Notes: generated by a model not told the origin, from the sequence alone. Positions 39,164-49,921 are shown, numbered from the stretch's first letter. The stretch: DNA of 64,000 nt from an uncultured Coprobacillus sp. (GCA_964583155.1 CAZOUY010000007.1:3260-67259), one strand, 5' to 3'. Numbers and translations are program-made.

Positions 39164-41167
39164 ATGAGAAAAATATTTAGAAAGTTCGCTACAGTTATGC
39201 TTGGTCTTTTAACTAGCGTAGGTATTGTTAGTGCAATAAATAATACTGACGGCGCAACTTCTGCCAAAGCTGCCGATGCCTCTAAAGCTACTCTCAAATT
39301 GAATAGCAATTATTGGGGACAAGCAGACGCTTATTATACGATTTATTATTGGGGAGGAAACACAACACCTCAATGGCCGGGAAACAACTTTAATGAAGGA
39401 AAAGCTGCTTCTGGCAATGTAGAAATCACAGCCGATTATGACCTATCATCAACCCACGTTATTATTGTGCGCTGGGGAGATGCTAGTCATAATACTGAAT
39501 GGAATAGGTGGTCATATTTTGATCAAAACACCATGACAGAGCAATATAACTATTTCACAAACACAGAATGGACTTCTTGCACATCTTCATTAGTTCTACC
39601 AACCAACTCATTTACGGTTAACCTCTATGATGGTTCTGTTTTAAAGAAAACCGAAGAAGTTGTCGAGGGACTAACCTATTCACCATCATTCTATGAAAAA
39701 GAAGGATATCGCTTCGATGGTTGGTATACTGAGCCCGAATTAATTAATCAATTTATTAAAGGTACGGCCATATCATCAAATACAAATCTTTATGCTAAAT
39801 ATGTAGCTGCTGAAGATTATACGCTATTGATGAGTGATATCAAATCAGTTTTCTCTCCCAAGGTCTATGCTTATATGTACCGTGAATTGGATGGAGGCAA
39901 TAATGCAGCTTGGCCTGGTGAGGAGATTTTCAAAAACGCTCTTGGAAATTATGAAATAAATATAGATGTTTCCAAATCCTACGACAAGATTATTTTCAGC
40001 AATGGTCTTGATAGCACCGCCTCCGGATGGGCACAAACCAATAATCTGGATCTTAAATCAACAAAAGATGGCGATATATACATCATCGATGGCACGAAAG
40101 ACTCTAATAACATGTATTCGTCATCTATTTCTGGATTCGTCACCATCTCAATATATGACGGAACGGAGCTTAAAGATACAACGCAGGTTTTAAATGGAAC
40201 AGAATACTATCCAACTTACTTGATGAAAGCAAATCATCGCTTGATCGGATATTATACGGATTCAGCTTTTGAAACACCATTTGTAAAGGGAACTATTGTT
40301 AATAATGATATTTCTCTTTATGCTAAATATGTTGCCGCCGAGTCAACCACTGTTTATCTTGATACCACCGCAATGGATTGGGACAGCAATGGAGATATTT
40401 CTGTCCATTATTGGTCGGATAATTTTGCTCACTCAACTGAATGGCCTGGTATTCAAGAGGGCTTAACGAAAATTGAAGCCAATTACTATTCATTGACGCT
40501 CAATAGTGAAGATTCATATGATAAATTTGTTATCACTAATGGAAGTAGTAAAACCAAAAACCTTGTCATCGACTATACCATGAATGGTACACTAGTAATC
40601 GGGGCGCCGGATACAAACACGACTGACTGGGAACATGATGTTGACTATATTGCATCGAAGGTCAGCGCCCATATCATTGGTGATAAAATCGACATGGTGG
40701 TTAAGCATATTACTACTGATAATTCCGAAACTGTAGAACAAACTACCGCTACTACCAATGGCGTTTCAGTGATTCGTTATGTAGCCGGAGCCTATGCTTT
40801 CTTAGATGAGGCTTCTCAAGATGAAAAAGAATTAGCGTTAAAAACATATTTTGCTGATGTTGACACCTGTAAGCAATATACCAATTATGAGAATTATGTC
40901 AGTTTAGTAAATTCTGTGGAAGGTGGTCGTAAATTATTAATAACTGAAACCGTTGGTTATAATTCAACGCTTTCCATTGGTGAGAAAATTGATTTTATGG
41001 GTCAATTAGCAAATACGAAGGGGCAATCTCAATCCAATTTATTATCATTAAATATTTTGAACGTAAATAATAAGAAAGCCTCTCTTCAACTAATTGCTAT
41101 TGTTAGCTTAATTGGCTTAGCAACAATAACTGCTTACTACTTCTTTAATAAAAAGAAAATGGCATAA
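39164..41167 (+). CDS. cell-surface, C-terminally membrane-anchored protein with three CBM25/26-like starch-binding modules and two Flg_new (Listeria-Bacteroides) repeats, and no catalytic domain
   Basis: Signal peptide (MRKIFRKFATVMLGLLTSVGIVSA). Three modules carry the VYAY.Y....AWPG......G.YE..I.......IIFSNG...QTN.LDL pattern characteristic of CBM25/26 (clearest at residues about 230-300). Two repeats of ...GYRFDGWYTEPE...NTNLYAKYVAAE are typical of Flg_new. C-terminal TM LIAIVSLIGLATITAYYFF followed by NKKKMA. Confidence 0.7.
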   Translation: MRKIFRKFATVMLGLLTSVGIVSAINNTDGATSAKAADASKATLKLNSNYWGQADAYYTIYYWGGNTTPQWPGNNFNEGKAASGNVEITADYDLSSTHVIIVRWGDASHNTEWNRWSYFDQNTMTEQYNYFTNTEWTSCTSSLVLPTNSFTVNLYDGSVLKKTEEVVEGLTYSPSFYEKEGYRFDGWYTEPELINQFIKGTAISSNTNLYAKYVAAEDYTLLMSDIKSVFSPKVYAYMYRELDGGNNAAWPGEEIFKNALGNYEINIDVSKSYDKIIFSNGLDSTASGWAQTNNLDLKSTKDGDIYIIDGTKDSNNMYSSSISGFVTISIYDGTELKDTTQVLNGTEYYPTYLMKANHRLIGYYTDSAFETPFVKGTIVNNDISLYAKYVAAESTTVYLDTTAMDWDSNGDISVHYWSDNFAHSTEWPGIQEGLTKIEANYYSLTLNSEDSYDKFVITNGSSKTKNLVIDYTMNGTLVIGAPDTNTTDWEHDVDYIASKVSAHIIGDKIDMVVKHITTDNSETVEQTTATTNGVSVIRYVAGAYAFLDEASQDEKELALKTYFADVDTCKQYTNYENYVSLVNSVEGGRKLLITETVGYNSTLSIGEKIDFMGQLANTKGQSQSNLLSLNILNVNNKKASLQLIAIVSLIGLATITAYYFFNKKKMA

Positions 41168-41199
41168 GTGGTTATCCAATCATTATAATTTTGTAATAT

Positions 41200-41236
41200 A
41201 AGGTGGTATCTCAATAGAAGATATCACCTTTTTTAT
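41200..41236 (+). terminator. rho-independent terminator after the surface-protein gene
   Basis: Hairpin AAGGTGGTATCT-CAATAGA-AGATATCACCTT followed by a T-run (cacctTTTTTTat). Confidence 0.55.
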
Positions 41237-41373
41237 AGAACAAATGATTGTAAATCAATACTATAAATAACCATTGGAAATATTTTGTTTTTCGAAAATC
41301 ACATCAAAAAAGCAGATCTATCATAAAGTATCATCATTAAAGCTTTAAATATATCTGCTCTCAAAAAATACGA

Positions 41374-42978
41374 TCATCTAGCATTCTCTTTCTCTAAGAC
41401 TTTATAATCAACTTTTCCAACTAAAGTTAATGGTAATTCATCGCAAAAAATAATTTGTTTGGGTATTGACCATTTAAACAGGTTTTGCTGACAAGTTTTA
41501 ATTATTTCCAGGCGCATTTGCTCCAAATCGTTTTTTTCTTTTAGCAAAACGTATAATTTCACAAATGATCTTCCACGTTCATCTTTGCCTTCAATAGCGG
41601 CACAATTGGCGACATTGTTCAAGGTCATAACAACCATTTCAATCTCCGTTGGATAAACCGATACTCCACTAACCTTGATAATTCTTTTCTTTCTTTGCTT
41701 AAAATAGATAAAATCGTCTTGATCCATATAGCCAATATCACCAGTATGAACATATTGGCCCTGAATCGTGGATGTCGTGCTCTCCTCGTCATCTAAATAT
41801 CCCATCATTATCGTTGGAGCTTGAATACAAATTTCTCCTAATTCACACCGCGGAACTTCGTGATTTTGCTCATCCAAAATGCGACATGACATACCTTTCA
41901 GCATTTTGCCTATTGAGCCTTGTCGATTTTCTTGCATTGTATTGACACAACAAACAGTGACCGTTTCGGTCAATCCATAGCCCTCCATCATCCGGCATTT
42001 AATACCACGTTCCTCCATCAAAGCATCAAATCTTGATTTTAAAGAAAGTGGCATAGTATCGCCACCACAAAAAACAACATCGAGAGCGTTTAATCTTTTG
42101 TGTCTTAAAAAACTTTGATCGCTTAAAAGACGATCAAATAGAGACGGCACTCCACAAATACAATTCAAAGGTATTTTTTTCATGATTTTCACGATCGCAC
42201 GTGAAGAAAATTTAGGTACCAAAACGCTGCACATTCCATTAGCCAAAGGAGTATGAATGCACATACATAAGCCAAATCCATGAAAAGATGGCAAAACCGC
42301 TAGCATATTCTTTCTAAAAACGGTTTCGCTTCCAAAGATCGTATTTGCTTGACTCGCTAAATAATTAAAGCCATAATTTGATAGCATGATCGTCTTAGGA
42401 AGACCGGTCGTTCCTCCCGAATGAAGATAAGCAGCACATTCATTGTATTCAGTTAGCGGTATCTCCTTTGGCGAATAACTGCGGATATGATCATAATCAA
42501 TATATCCTTTTAATTTACGATTCATATCCCGATTATGATAATCATAGAGCGATCTTTTAAAGAAAGATAAATATGATGATGCCTTACAGAACGTTATATG
42601 TTCTTTCATAATGCGATATTTTTCTTCTTCCTTATATAATGTGGAATCAAAAATAAATAGGTGCTTTGATTTTGTTTTTGTGATGATCTGCTGAACTTGT
42701 AAAAACGGAGTGAGGGGATGGACCATATTGGCAATCGCACCAAGACGATTTAAAGCATAGAAAACGATGACGGTCGCCGGAATATTGGGCAAACAAATTG
42801 TCACAACATCGCCCTTTTTTATTTTTAAATCAATTGATAAATAGGCGGATATACGCCTAATTTCATTGTTTAAATCACGATATGAAAAGAAATGGCCAAG
42901 ATAATATAGGCTATGCTCTGCAGGATATCGTTCTACTTGCGTCTCGATGGTTTGATACATCGATTTTTCTTGTGACAT
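41374..42978 (-). CDS. AMP-dependent synthetase/ligase (acyl-CoA synthetase-like adenylating enzyme)
   Basis: Adenylation core motifs LHSGGTTGLPKTIMLS and GYGLTE. 534 aa. Confidence 0.85.
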   Translation of the reverse strand: MSQEKSMYQTIETQVERYPAEHSLYYLGHFFSYRDLNNEIRRISAYLSIDLKIKKGDVVTICLPNIPATVIVFYALNRLGAIANMVHPLTPFLQVQQIITKTKSKHLFIFDSTLYKEEEKYRIMKEHITFCKASSYLSFFKRSLYDYHNRDMNRKLKGYIDYDHIRSYSPKEIPLTEYNECAAYLHSGGTTGLPKTIMLSNYGFNYLASQANTIFGSETVFRKNMLAVLPSFHGFGLCMCIHTPLANGMCSVLVPKFSSRAIVKIMKKIPLNCICGVPSLFDRLLSDQSFLRHKRLNALDVVFCGGDTMPLSLKSRFDALMEERGIKCRMMEGYGLTETVTVCCVNTMQENRQGSIGKMLKGMSCRILDEQNHEVPRCELGEICIQAPTIMMGYLDDEESTTSTIQGQYVHTGDIGYMDQDDFIYFKQRKKRIIKVSGVSVYPTEIEMVVMTLNNVANCAAIEGKDERGRSFVKLYVLLKEKNDLEQMRLEIIKTCQQNLFKWSIPKQIIFCDELPLTLVGKVDYKVLEKENAR

Positions 42979-43007
42979 AGTTCAACCTCCCTTCATCAAA
43001 TTCTATT

Positions 43008-43826
43008 CTAAAAAGGCAATGGTAAATTCAAAATCACACAAATCAACATAAAAATCGACATCATGATGGCTTGATGGGAAATATAAAACCATATGGAATA
43101 GTGACCGATAAAACAAAAGGGTCTTTCCCATTTATGAAAAGATATTCGCGACTCTTTGCTTTTATACATTTTTCTTCCCATAATAACACCGATAAAAAAG
43201 ATGCCTAAATATGGTAATAGTGGAAGATAATCGGCACACGCATAATTTTCGCTTATCACACCTAAAGGAAAAAGCACCACGCGAATAAAATCATTGTCAA
43301 GATTGATTAAATTATAATGCTTCAAAAGCGAAATTCCGATCGTCGTCAAAAACACCAAAATGGCAAAAACAAGCATGAATTTATTCGATCGTTTTCGAAA
43401 CAGACAATAAAATAATAAGGATACTGTCAAAACATGAATTATATTAAAATCGATATTGTTTCCATAGCCTATCATAGAGCAAAGGATGTAGGAGCAACCA
43501 GTAAATAATAAAGCAAAGATTCCCATTTTTAATGTTCGAAGCCAATTATTGTGCGAGAACTGCGTACTAATACCGGAAACTATAACAAAAATGGAAATCA
43601 CGATAAAATGAATAGCCTCTCTGATGGGCGAATTCCAATAATTATGTGCTAACGAATATAAGGACTGATATTCTTGAAGGCCTTTAAGCACCCATGTTTC
43701 ACTAAAAAACATCAAATCATAAAAGGCATGGTCAAAAATCATTAATAAAATACAGATTCCTTTGATTAAGTCAATTTCATGTATTCGATTCAAAGCCTTT
43801 TCTTTTTTCACTATAGCCTTTTCCAT
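43008..43826 (-). CDS. acyltransferase-3/DUF1624-like integral membrane protein
   Basis: N-terminal R..E.D..KG....LMI.DH motif (RIHEIDLIKGICILLMIFDHAF) characteristic of membrane acyltransferase_3-like proteins, with about 8 TM segments. 272 aa. Confidence 0.45.
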   Translation of the reverse strand: MEKAIVKKEKALNRIHEIDLIKGICILLMIFDHAFYDLMFFSETWVLKGLQEYQSLYSLAHNYWNSPIREAIHFIVISIFVIVSGISTQFSHNNWLRTLKMGIFALLFTGCSYILCSMIGYGNNIDFNIIHVLTVSLLFYCLFRKRSNKFMLVFAILVFLTTIGISLLKHYNLINLDNDFIRVVLFPLGVISENYACADYLPLLPYLGIFFIGVIMGRKMYKSKESRISFHKWERPFCFIGHYSIWFYISHQAIMMSIFMLICVILNLPLPF

Positions 43827-43870
43827 AGATCATTAGCCCCATTTTTCCATTATTCATTTTTTCATGATCA

Positions 43871-44194
43871 TTAATCATCAATATCTTGGAAACAAATATA
43901 AGGATGCTGCTTTCGATAATGCTCTAATACTCTCTTTTTCGAATCAGTGACCTGAAAGCCAATAATCACATTTTGATTATTGCAAAGAAAACCGTTAGCC
44001 TTTGATAGCATCTCTTGGAAAGCCAATAATTCAATATATTGATAATCATGGGAATCATAGTCTAAAGAAGAATTTAACTCATCAAGAAAACATTCCTCAA
44101 ATAAAGAAGCATGCTTATCTTCCATATTTACCATCAGCTTTAATCTTTTAAGCACTCCGATCACTTCCATTTGTTGATAATAATACAATAGCAT
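43871..44194 (-). CDS. hypothetical protein
   Basis: 107 aa with no recognisable motif. Confidence 0.35.
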   Translation of the reverse strand: MLLYYYQQMEVIGVLKRLKLMVNMEDKHASLFEECFLDELNSSLDYDSHDYQYIELLAFQEMLSKANGFLCNNQNVIIGFQVTDSKKRVLEHYRKQHPYICFQDIDD

Positions 44195-44217
44195 ATTATC
44201 GGTTACTATTGCTAGAT

Positions 44218-45486
44218 TTAATCGTGGCCATAAATTGATTCATGATTCGTCAGTAATTCAATTTTCATTAAACGATTGTATTTAGCCACTCTTTCCGAAC
44301 GTGATAATGACCCGGTTTTGATTTGACCGGTTGAAAAACCAACCGCTAAATCAGCAATAATAGTGTCTTCACTTTCGCCCGAGCGATGAGACATGATGGT
44401 CTTAAAGCCCGCCTTTTTAGCCACTATAATGGTCTCGATGGTTTCGGTAATCGTTCCAATTTGATTGGGCTTAATCAAAATTGCATTTCCCATTTTTTTC
44501 TTGATTCCTTCTTTAAGAAAGCGGGGATTGGTCACAAATAAATCATCGCCAACAAGCTGGATACGATCGCCCAGTCTTCTTGTCATTTCTACCCAACCTT
44601 GGTAATCATTTTCCGATAATCCGTCTTCAATAGAAATTATGGGGTACTGCTTAACTAGCATTTCCAGATAATCGATCATTTCGGTGGTTGTTTTAGCGCC
44701 TTCACCACTCTTACTTAAAAGATAAAGATTTTGCTCTTCATCATAAAATTCACTGGCAGCGACATCAAGGGCAATGGCGATATCGTCCTTTAAGCGATAC
44801 CCGGCCCGATGAATCGCTAATACTAAATAATCGAGCGGTTCTTTATTATTGGCTAGATCCGGTGCAAAGCCTCCTTCATCACCGACAGCGGTAATTTGAT
44901 GATTTTGCTTTAGTATTTCTTTTAAAGCATGAAACACTTCGCTTCCCCAACGCACCGCCTCTTGAAAGGAAGAAGCACCAACGGGTACGATCATGTATTC
45001 TTGAAAATCAACCGATGAATTAGCATGTCGGCCTCCATTGATAACATTCATCATGGGAATCGGCAAAACATATTGATGGTCGCGATGAAGATATTCAAAA
45101 AGCTCACAACCGGCCTCATCGGCCAAGGCCTTCAAAAGCGCCATCGAGACACTTAAAATTGCATTAGCCCCCAATAAGCTCTTATTACTCGTTCCATCTA
45201 AATCGATCATGATCTGATCGATACTTTTCTGAATGGCTTCCTTACCGATAATACGGGGTGCAATATGATGATGAATATTATCAATTGCTTTTAATACGCC
45301 TTGACCATGATATCGCTTTTCATCCTTATCACGAAGCTCTAACGCCTCTTTACTTCCGGTCGAAGCCCCACTAGGCACAATAGCGATGCCTCGTGCTCCA
45401 CTAGTTAAAATTATTTCTGTTTCAATTGTCGGATTTCCGCGGGAATCTAAAACTTCACGCGCAATGACATCTTTAATTTTCGACAT
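44218..45486 (-). CDS. eno: enolase (phosphopyruvate hydratase)
   Basis: Full-length enolase with conserved [17 protein letters not shown] and IKTGS(L)[10 protein letters not shown] motifs. 422 aa. Confidence 0.95.
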   Translation of the reverse strand: MSKIKDVIAREVLDSRGNPTIETEIILTSGARGIAIVPSGASTGSKEALELRDKDEKRYHGQGVLKAIDNIHHHIAPRIIGKEAIQKSIDQIMIDLDGTSNKSLLGANAILSVSMALLKALADEAGCELFEYLHRDHQYVLPIPMMNVINGGRHANSSVDFQEYMIVPVGASSFQEAVRWGSEVFHALKEILKQNHQITAVGDEGGFAPDLANNKEPLDYLVLAIHRAGYRLKDDIAIALDVAASEFYDEEQNLYLLSKSGEGAKTTTEMIDYLEMLVKQYPIISIEDGLSENDYQGWVEMTRRLGDRIQLVGDDLFVTNPRFLKEGIKKKMGNAILIKPNQIGTITETIETIIVAKKAGFKTIMSHRSGESEDTIIADLAVGFSTGQIKTGSLSRSERVAKYNRLMKIELLTNHESIYGHD

Positions 45487-45589
45487 GCAATCACCTCTTT
45501 TTTATTTTGTTCTTTTTCATCATTGTTTAATCATAATATTTGCTTTTTCCGATGAATAGCGTCTAAAATAAATTTGAGGTGCTAATACT

Positions 45590-46375
45590 ATGACTCCTAC
45601 CACAATCAGCATTATTTCAATTGCTATGATTTTTCTTGCAACAACGATCGGTTCCGCCTTTGTTTTTTTGATGAAAAAGCAAATGTCGCGAAAAATTTCC
45701 AATATGATTTTAGGATTCGCTAGTGGAATCATGATCGCTGCCGGTTTTTTCGGTCTTCTTTTACCAGCGATTGAGGGCGCACGTGATTCATATCAAAACC
45801 TTGCATTCTTCCCTGTTTCCATCGGTTTTCTTTTAGGTGGATTAATCCTATTTTTAATGGATAAATTTATTCCTCATATGCATCAAAACCATGAAGAGGA
45901 TGGCATTGCTACCAATAAAATTGCTAAGCATTTCAAATTTCTCTTAGCTGTCACTATTCATAATATTCCCGAAGGTTTATCAGTAGGTTTTGCGTGTGGT
46001 ATCGCGATTTCCAGTCAAGATTCAACATTAGCGATGAGCGCTTTATCGCTCGCAATAGGAATTGCGATTCAAAATGTTCCTGAAGGGGCCGCTGTTTCCA
46101 TACCTTTATTGGAAGAAGGTATATCAAAACCAAAAGCTTTTATCTATGGAACTCTTAGTGGATTAGTGGAACCCATTTTTGGAGTTATTGGACTTATCCT
46201 AGCTACATCTTTAACGAGCTTTATGCCGTGGCTCTTATCGTTAGCAGCCGGGGCTATGATATATGTCACCATCGATGAATTATTGCCGGCGGCCCGTCAA
46301 GGCGGTCATGAGCATTATGGATTATGGGCCTTTATGATCGGCTTTGCCATCATGATGATTTTGGAAATGATCTAA
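45590..46375 (+). CDS. zupT: ZIP family divalent metal transporter (ZupT-like)
   Basis: HNIPEGLSVG and a second IQNVPEGAAV metal-binding motif. 8 TM segments. 261 aa. Confidence 0.85.
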   Translation: MTPTTISIISIAMIFLATTIGSAFVFLMKKQMSRKISNMILGFASGIMIAAGFFGLLLPAIEGARDSYQNLAFFPVSIGFLLGGLILFLMDKFIPHMHQNHEEDGIATNKIAKHFKFLLAVTIHNIPEGLSVGFACGIAISSQDSTLAMSALSLAIGIAIQNVPEGAAVSIPLLEEGISKPKAFIYGTLSGLVEPIFGVIGLILATSLTSFMPWLLSLAAGAMIYVTIDELLPAARQGGHEHYGLWAFMIGFAIMMILEMI

Positions 46376-46418
46376 AGCTGATGAGTTACTATTTATCAAA
46401 AAAAAGCGAAGAGCGTCA

Positions 46419-49166
46419 TTATTCTTCGCTTTTATTTTTTCTTTTGCTGGCTTTTCTTTGGAACAATTTAATTAACTCAACTAAGGGAATGATTAAAACC
46501 GCCATTCCTACCGCTATTCCATATTCTAAAAGGCTTATATGCTGGAATTCAAATATATCCCTTAAGAAAGGAATATAGATGACCGCCGTTGTCAATAAAA
46601 GAGCCCCAATCGCCGAAATCCATAAGGCCTTATTTTGCTTTTTCATAGAGAATAGAGATTTACGACGAGAACGCATATTGAAGGAATGGAATATTTCCAC
46701 TAAGGATAAAGTCAAGAAAGCCATCGTCATTCCATCAGGACTATTAACAAATTCGAAGCGCCCGGATTCGATATAATGACCGACTAAATAAGAAATAAGA
46801 GTGAGCAGTGTAATTAAAAAGCCCTGGATAACCACATCCGCGCCTAATCCCCGAGCGAAAATGCCTTCATGGGAATCACGAGGATTTCTTTTCATAACAT
46901 CCAATTCGCTTTCTTCCATTCCCAAAGCAATAGCGGGAAAACAGTCAGTAATCAAATTAATCCATAATAAATGAACGGGCTCTAAAATCGTAAATCCTAT
47001 CATGGTGGCAATGAAGATTGATAAGACCTCCGCTAAGTTGCTTGATAATAAGAACTGGATAGATTTCCGAATGTTATCATATACTCGACGGCCTTCTTCA
47101 ACCGCGGAGACAATCGTCGCAAAGTTATCATCTGCTAAAACCATATCGGCAACATTTTTGGTAACATCCGTGCCCGTGATGCCCATTCCAACACCGATAT
47201 CAGCATTTTTAATCGATGGCGCATCATTAACACCATCGCCAGTCATAGCGGTGATTTTACCGCGTTTCTGCCAAGCTTGGACAATTCGGACCTTATGCTC
47301 CGGCTGCACACGCGCATACACGAAATAATTTTGAATGTTTTCAAGTAGCTCTTCATCCGACATTTCATTTAATTCAACACCAGTAAGAGCCTGGGAAGCA
47401 TCGCTAAGGATTCCTAACTCCATAGCAATTGCGACCGCAGTATCTTTATGATCTCCGGTAATCATCACTACATTGATTCCCGCATTCTTGCATTCATCAA
47501 CCGCCACTTTCACTTCCGGTCGAATAGGATCAATCATGCCAACTAATCCGACATAGCATAGTTCCTTTTCAAGATCATCACTTGTAAATGATAAAGGCTT
47601 TTCGTGATAGATTCTCATCGCACCTAATAAAACACGTAAGGCCCGTGATGCCATATTCTTATTGGCTTGAATAATTTCTTGACGCATCTCGTCGCTCAGT
47701 GGAAGTATTTTATTGCCATCCCAATATGAAGTGCATTTTTTCAATACTTCATCAGGAGCGCCTTTCGTAAATTGAATTATCTCTCCATCCGTCTTTTGAT
47801 GAACGGTAGACATCATCTTCCGCATTGAATCAAACGGAGCTTCTCCGATACGAGGATAGAACTCCTTTTCATGGTTTTTATTGAGCTTTAATTTAAAAGC
47901 ATAATTGACCAAAGCACACTCGGTTGGCTCTCCCACCGCACCATCCTCTTCAAGCTCGGCATCGCTACAGAGCGACATTAAACGTGCTAATAATAATTCA
48001 TCCTGACTACTATGCTCCACAACTGTCATTTTGTTTTGCGTTAAGGTTCCGGTTTTATCCGAACAAATGACTTGCGTGCAGCCGAGAGTTTCAACAGCGG
48101 TCAATTTCCGAATAGTGGCATTACGCTTCGACATCTTGGTCACACCGATCGATAAAACGATGGTTACAACCGCCGCTAAGCCTTCCGGAATGGCGGCCAC
48201 CGCCAATGATATGGCAACCATAAAGGTATCCAATATCGAACTAGCGGTAATCGTTTCACTGCTAATCCACGATCTTAAAAGATCGACTCCAAAAATAACT
48301 ACGCAGATGCCTAAAACCAAAATAGTCAAAATCTTACTGAGCTGATTGAGCTTCTTCTGTAAGGGTGTTTCACCATCTTTAGCAGTGGCCAAGGCATTAG
48401 CAATCTTTCCCATTTCCGTATCCATCCCGGTGGCGACTATAACCGCTTTGGCACGGCCATAAACGACATTGCTTCCCATATAGATCATATTTTTGCGATC
48501 ACCTAGAAGGACTTCTTTTTCGCCTTCTTCAATGATTTCCTCTGTTTTCAAAACCGGAACCGATTCGCCTGTTAAAGCCGCTTCTTCAACTTTTAAACTG
48601 GCGCATTCAATGATCCGCGCGTCAGCGGGAACGGAATCACCGGCCTCTAAAAGCACAATATCTCCCGGGACTAAATCCTCAGAATTAATCACCTGCACAT
48701 GATGGCCACGTATGGCTTTCGAAGTCGATTTCGACATTTCCTGTAAAGCCTCAATCGCCTTTTCCGCTTTACTCTCTTGATATACTCCTAAAACCGCATT
48801 GACGATTACAACAAAGAGAATGATAAAAACATCCGCGAACGATTCATTCTTACCCTGCGTCTTATTATTGATGATCGTTGTAATCAGCGAAATAAGAGCG
48901 GCGGCAATCAAAACCAAAACCATCGGATCCTTCAATTCATTAAGAAAGCGAATGATTAAAGGAATTTTCTTACCTGCTTGTAGCTTATTTAATCCATATT
49001 TTTCTTTTCTTTGGCTCACTTCATCTTCGCTTAAGCCATCATTACTGGTTTGATATTCTTCAAAGACTGTTTCAATGCTTTTCGTATACTCTTTCATAAT
49101 ATTCCCCTTATAAAACAAAAGCCCAAGTACCTCTTTGTACTTGAGCAAGAATACTAATTCTCTCAT
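46419..49166 (-). CDS. calcium-translocating P-type ATPase (P2A/SERCA-PMR1 type, YloB-like)
   Basis: PEGLAAVVTIVLSIG, phosphorylation site CSDKTGTLTQN, MITGDHKDTA, TGDGVNDAPSIK. 915 aa. Confidence 0.9.
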   Translation of the reverse strand: MRELVFLLKYKEVLGLLFYKGNIMKEYTKSIETVFEEYQTSNDGLSEDEVSQRKEKYGLNKLQAGKKIPLIIRFLNELKDPMVLVLIAAALISLITTIINNKTQGKNESFADVFIILFVVIVNAVLGVYQESKAEKAIEALQEMSKSTSKAIRGHHVQVINSEDLVPGDIVLLEAGDSVPADARIIECASLKVEEAALTGESVPVLKTEEIIEEGEKEVLLGDRKNMIYMGSNVVYGRAKAVIVATGMDTEMGKIANALATAKDGETPLQKKLNQLSKILTILVLGICVVIFGVDLLRSWISSETITASSILDTFMVAISLAVAAIPEGLAAVVTIVLSIGVTKMSKRNATIRKLTAVETLGCTQVICSDKTGTLTQNKMTVVEHSSQDELLLARLMSLCSDAELEEDGAVGEPTECALVNYAFKLKLNKNHEKEFYPRIGEAPFDSMRKMMSTVHQKTDGEIIQFTKGAPDEVLKKCTSYWDGNKILPLSDEMRQEIIQANKNMASRALRVLLGAMRIYHEKPLSFTSDDLEKELCYVGLVGMIDPIRPEVKVAVDECKNAGINVVMITGDHKDTAVAIAMELGILSDASQALTGVELNEMSDEELLENIQNYFVYARVQPEHKVRIVQAWQKRGKITAMTGDGVNDAPSIKNADIGVGMGITGTDVTKNVADMVLADDNFATIVSAVEEGRRVYDNIRKSIQFLLSSNLAEVLSIFIATMIGFTILEPVHLLWINLITDCFPAIALGMEESELDVMKRNPRDSHEGIFARGLGADVVIQGFLITLLTLISYLVGHYIESGRFEFVNSPDGMTMAFLTLSLVEIFHSFNMRSRRKSLFSMKKQNKALWISAIGALLLTTAVIYIPFLRDIFEFQHISLLEYGIAVGMAVLIIPLVELIKLFQRKASKRKNKSEE

Positions 49167-49342
49167 GTACAGCGAGTGTGCTTTACATGAGTCTCATCAT
49201 TTAAGGCTAGCCAGGTAAAACCGGGTGTTGACTTTGCCACGTATCATAATTGATACGTCAATTACTCCCTCACGAGTCTATTGACTTCGTTTGTAGTTTA
49301 CTAAATTTGGTATTAATTGTCAACCTTTTATTATTCGGACAT

Positions 49343-49828
49343 TTACTCCTCTATTTCCACGTTAGGAGTCTTTTTTTCTTTCCATTTATCAACATTTAAA
49401 TGATCTTGAGCATATAGCTTCAGCTTGGTCAGGAAATTATCATAATCTTCGACCACTTCGATTGCCACATTAATAAACTTATAATTAACGCGATGATGGT
49501 CATAAAGAAATTGCAAAGCCCCGGTGATGCCCATCTGAATAGCCTCGATACCAAGGAGGACAATTTCAAATTCATCCTTCATCTTCATTCGCATTTTCGT
49601 CATCCAGATGCTCATCTTTTCACGACAAGTTAACTTTACACTTGTATTAACATTTAAATCTCTTAAAATATTAACCAAACTATTCTCATGATCGGCCATG
49701 GAATTCAGTATTTCCATCCAAATTCTTTTAGTGGCCAGATTTTCACTATGACGATCCAACTCTTTAATAATGGCACTTCCCATATGAACCGACGATAAAA
49801 ACTTTCGCATTGCGCGATTTTCATTCAT
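49343..49828 (-). CDS. hypothetical protein
   Basis: 161 aa, soluble, with no recognisable family. Confidence 0.4.
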   Translation of the reverse strand: MNENRAMRKFLSSVHMGSAIIKELDRHSENLATKRIWMEILNSMADHENSLVNILRDLNVNTSVKLTCREKMSIWMTKMRMKMKDEFEIVLLGIEAIQMGITGALQFLYDHHRVNYKFINVAIEVVEDYDNFLTKLKLYAQDHLNVDKWKEKKTPNVEIEE

Positions 49829-49921
49829 TATAAATCACCTTCGATTATATTATGTCCAGGACTATAAGAATTATTAATGGAACTTTCGATTATATGGCAA
49901 AAGACCTTAAGATAATTAAAA

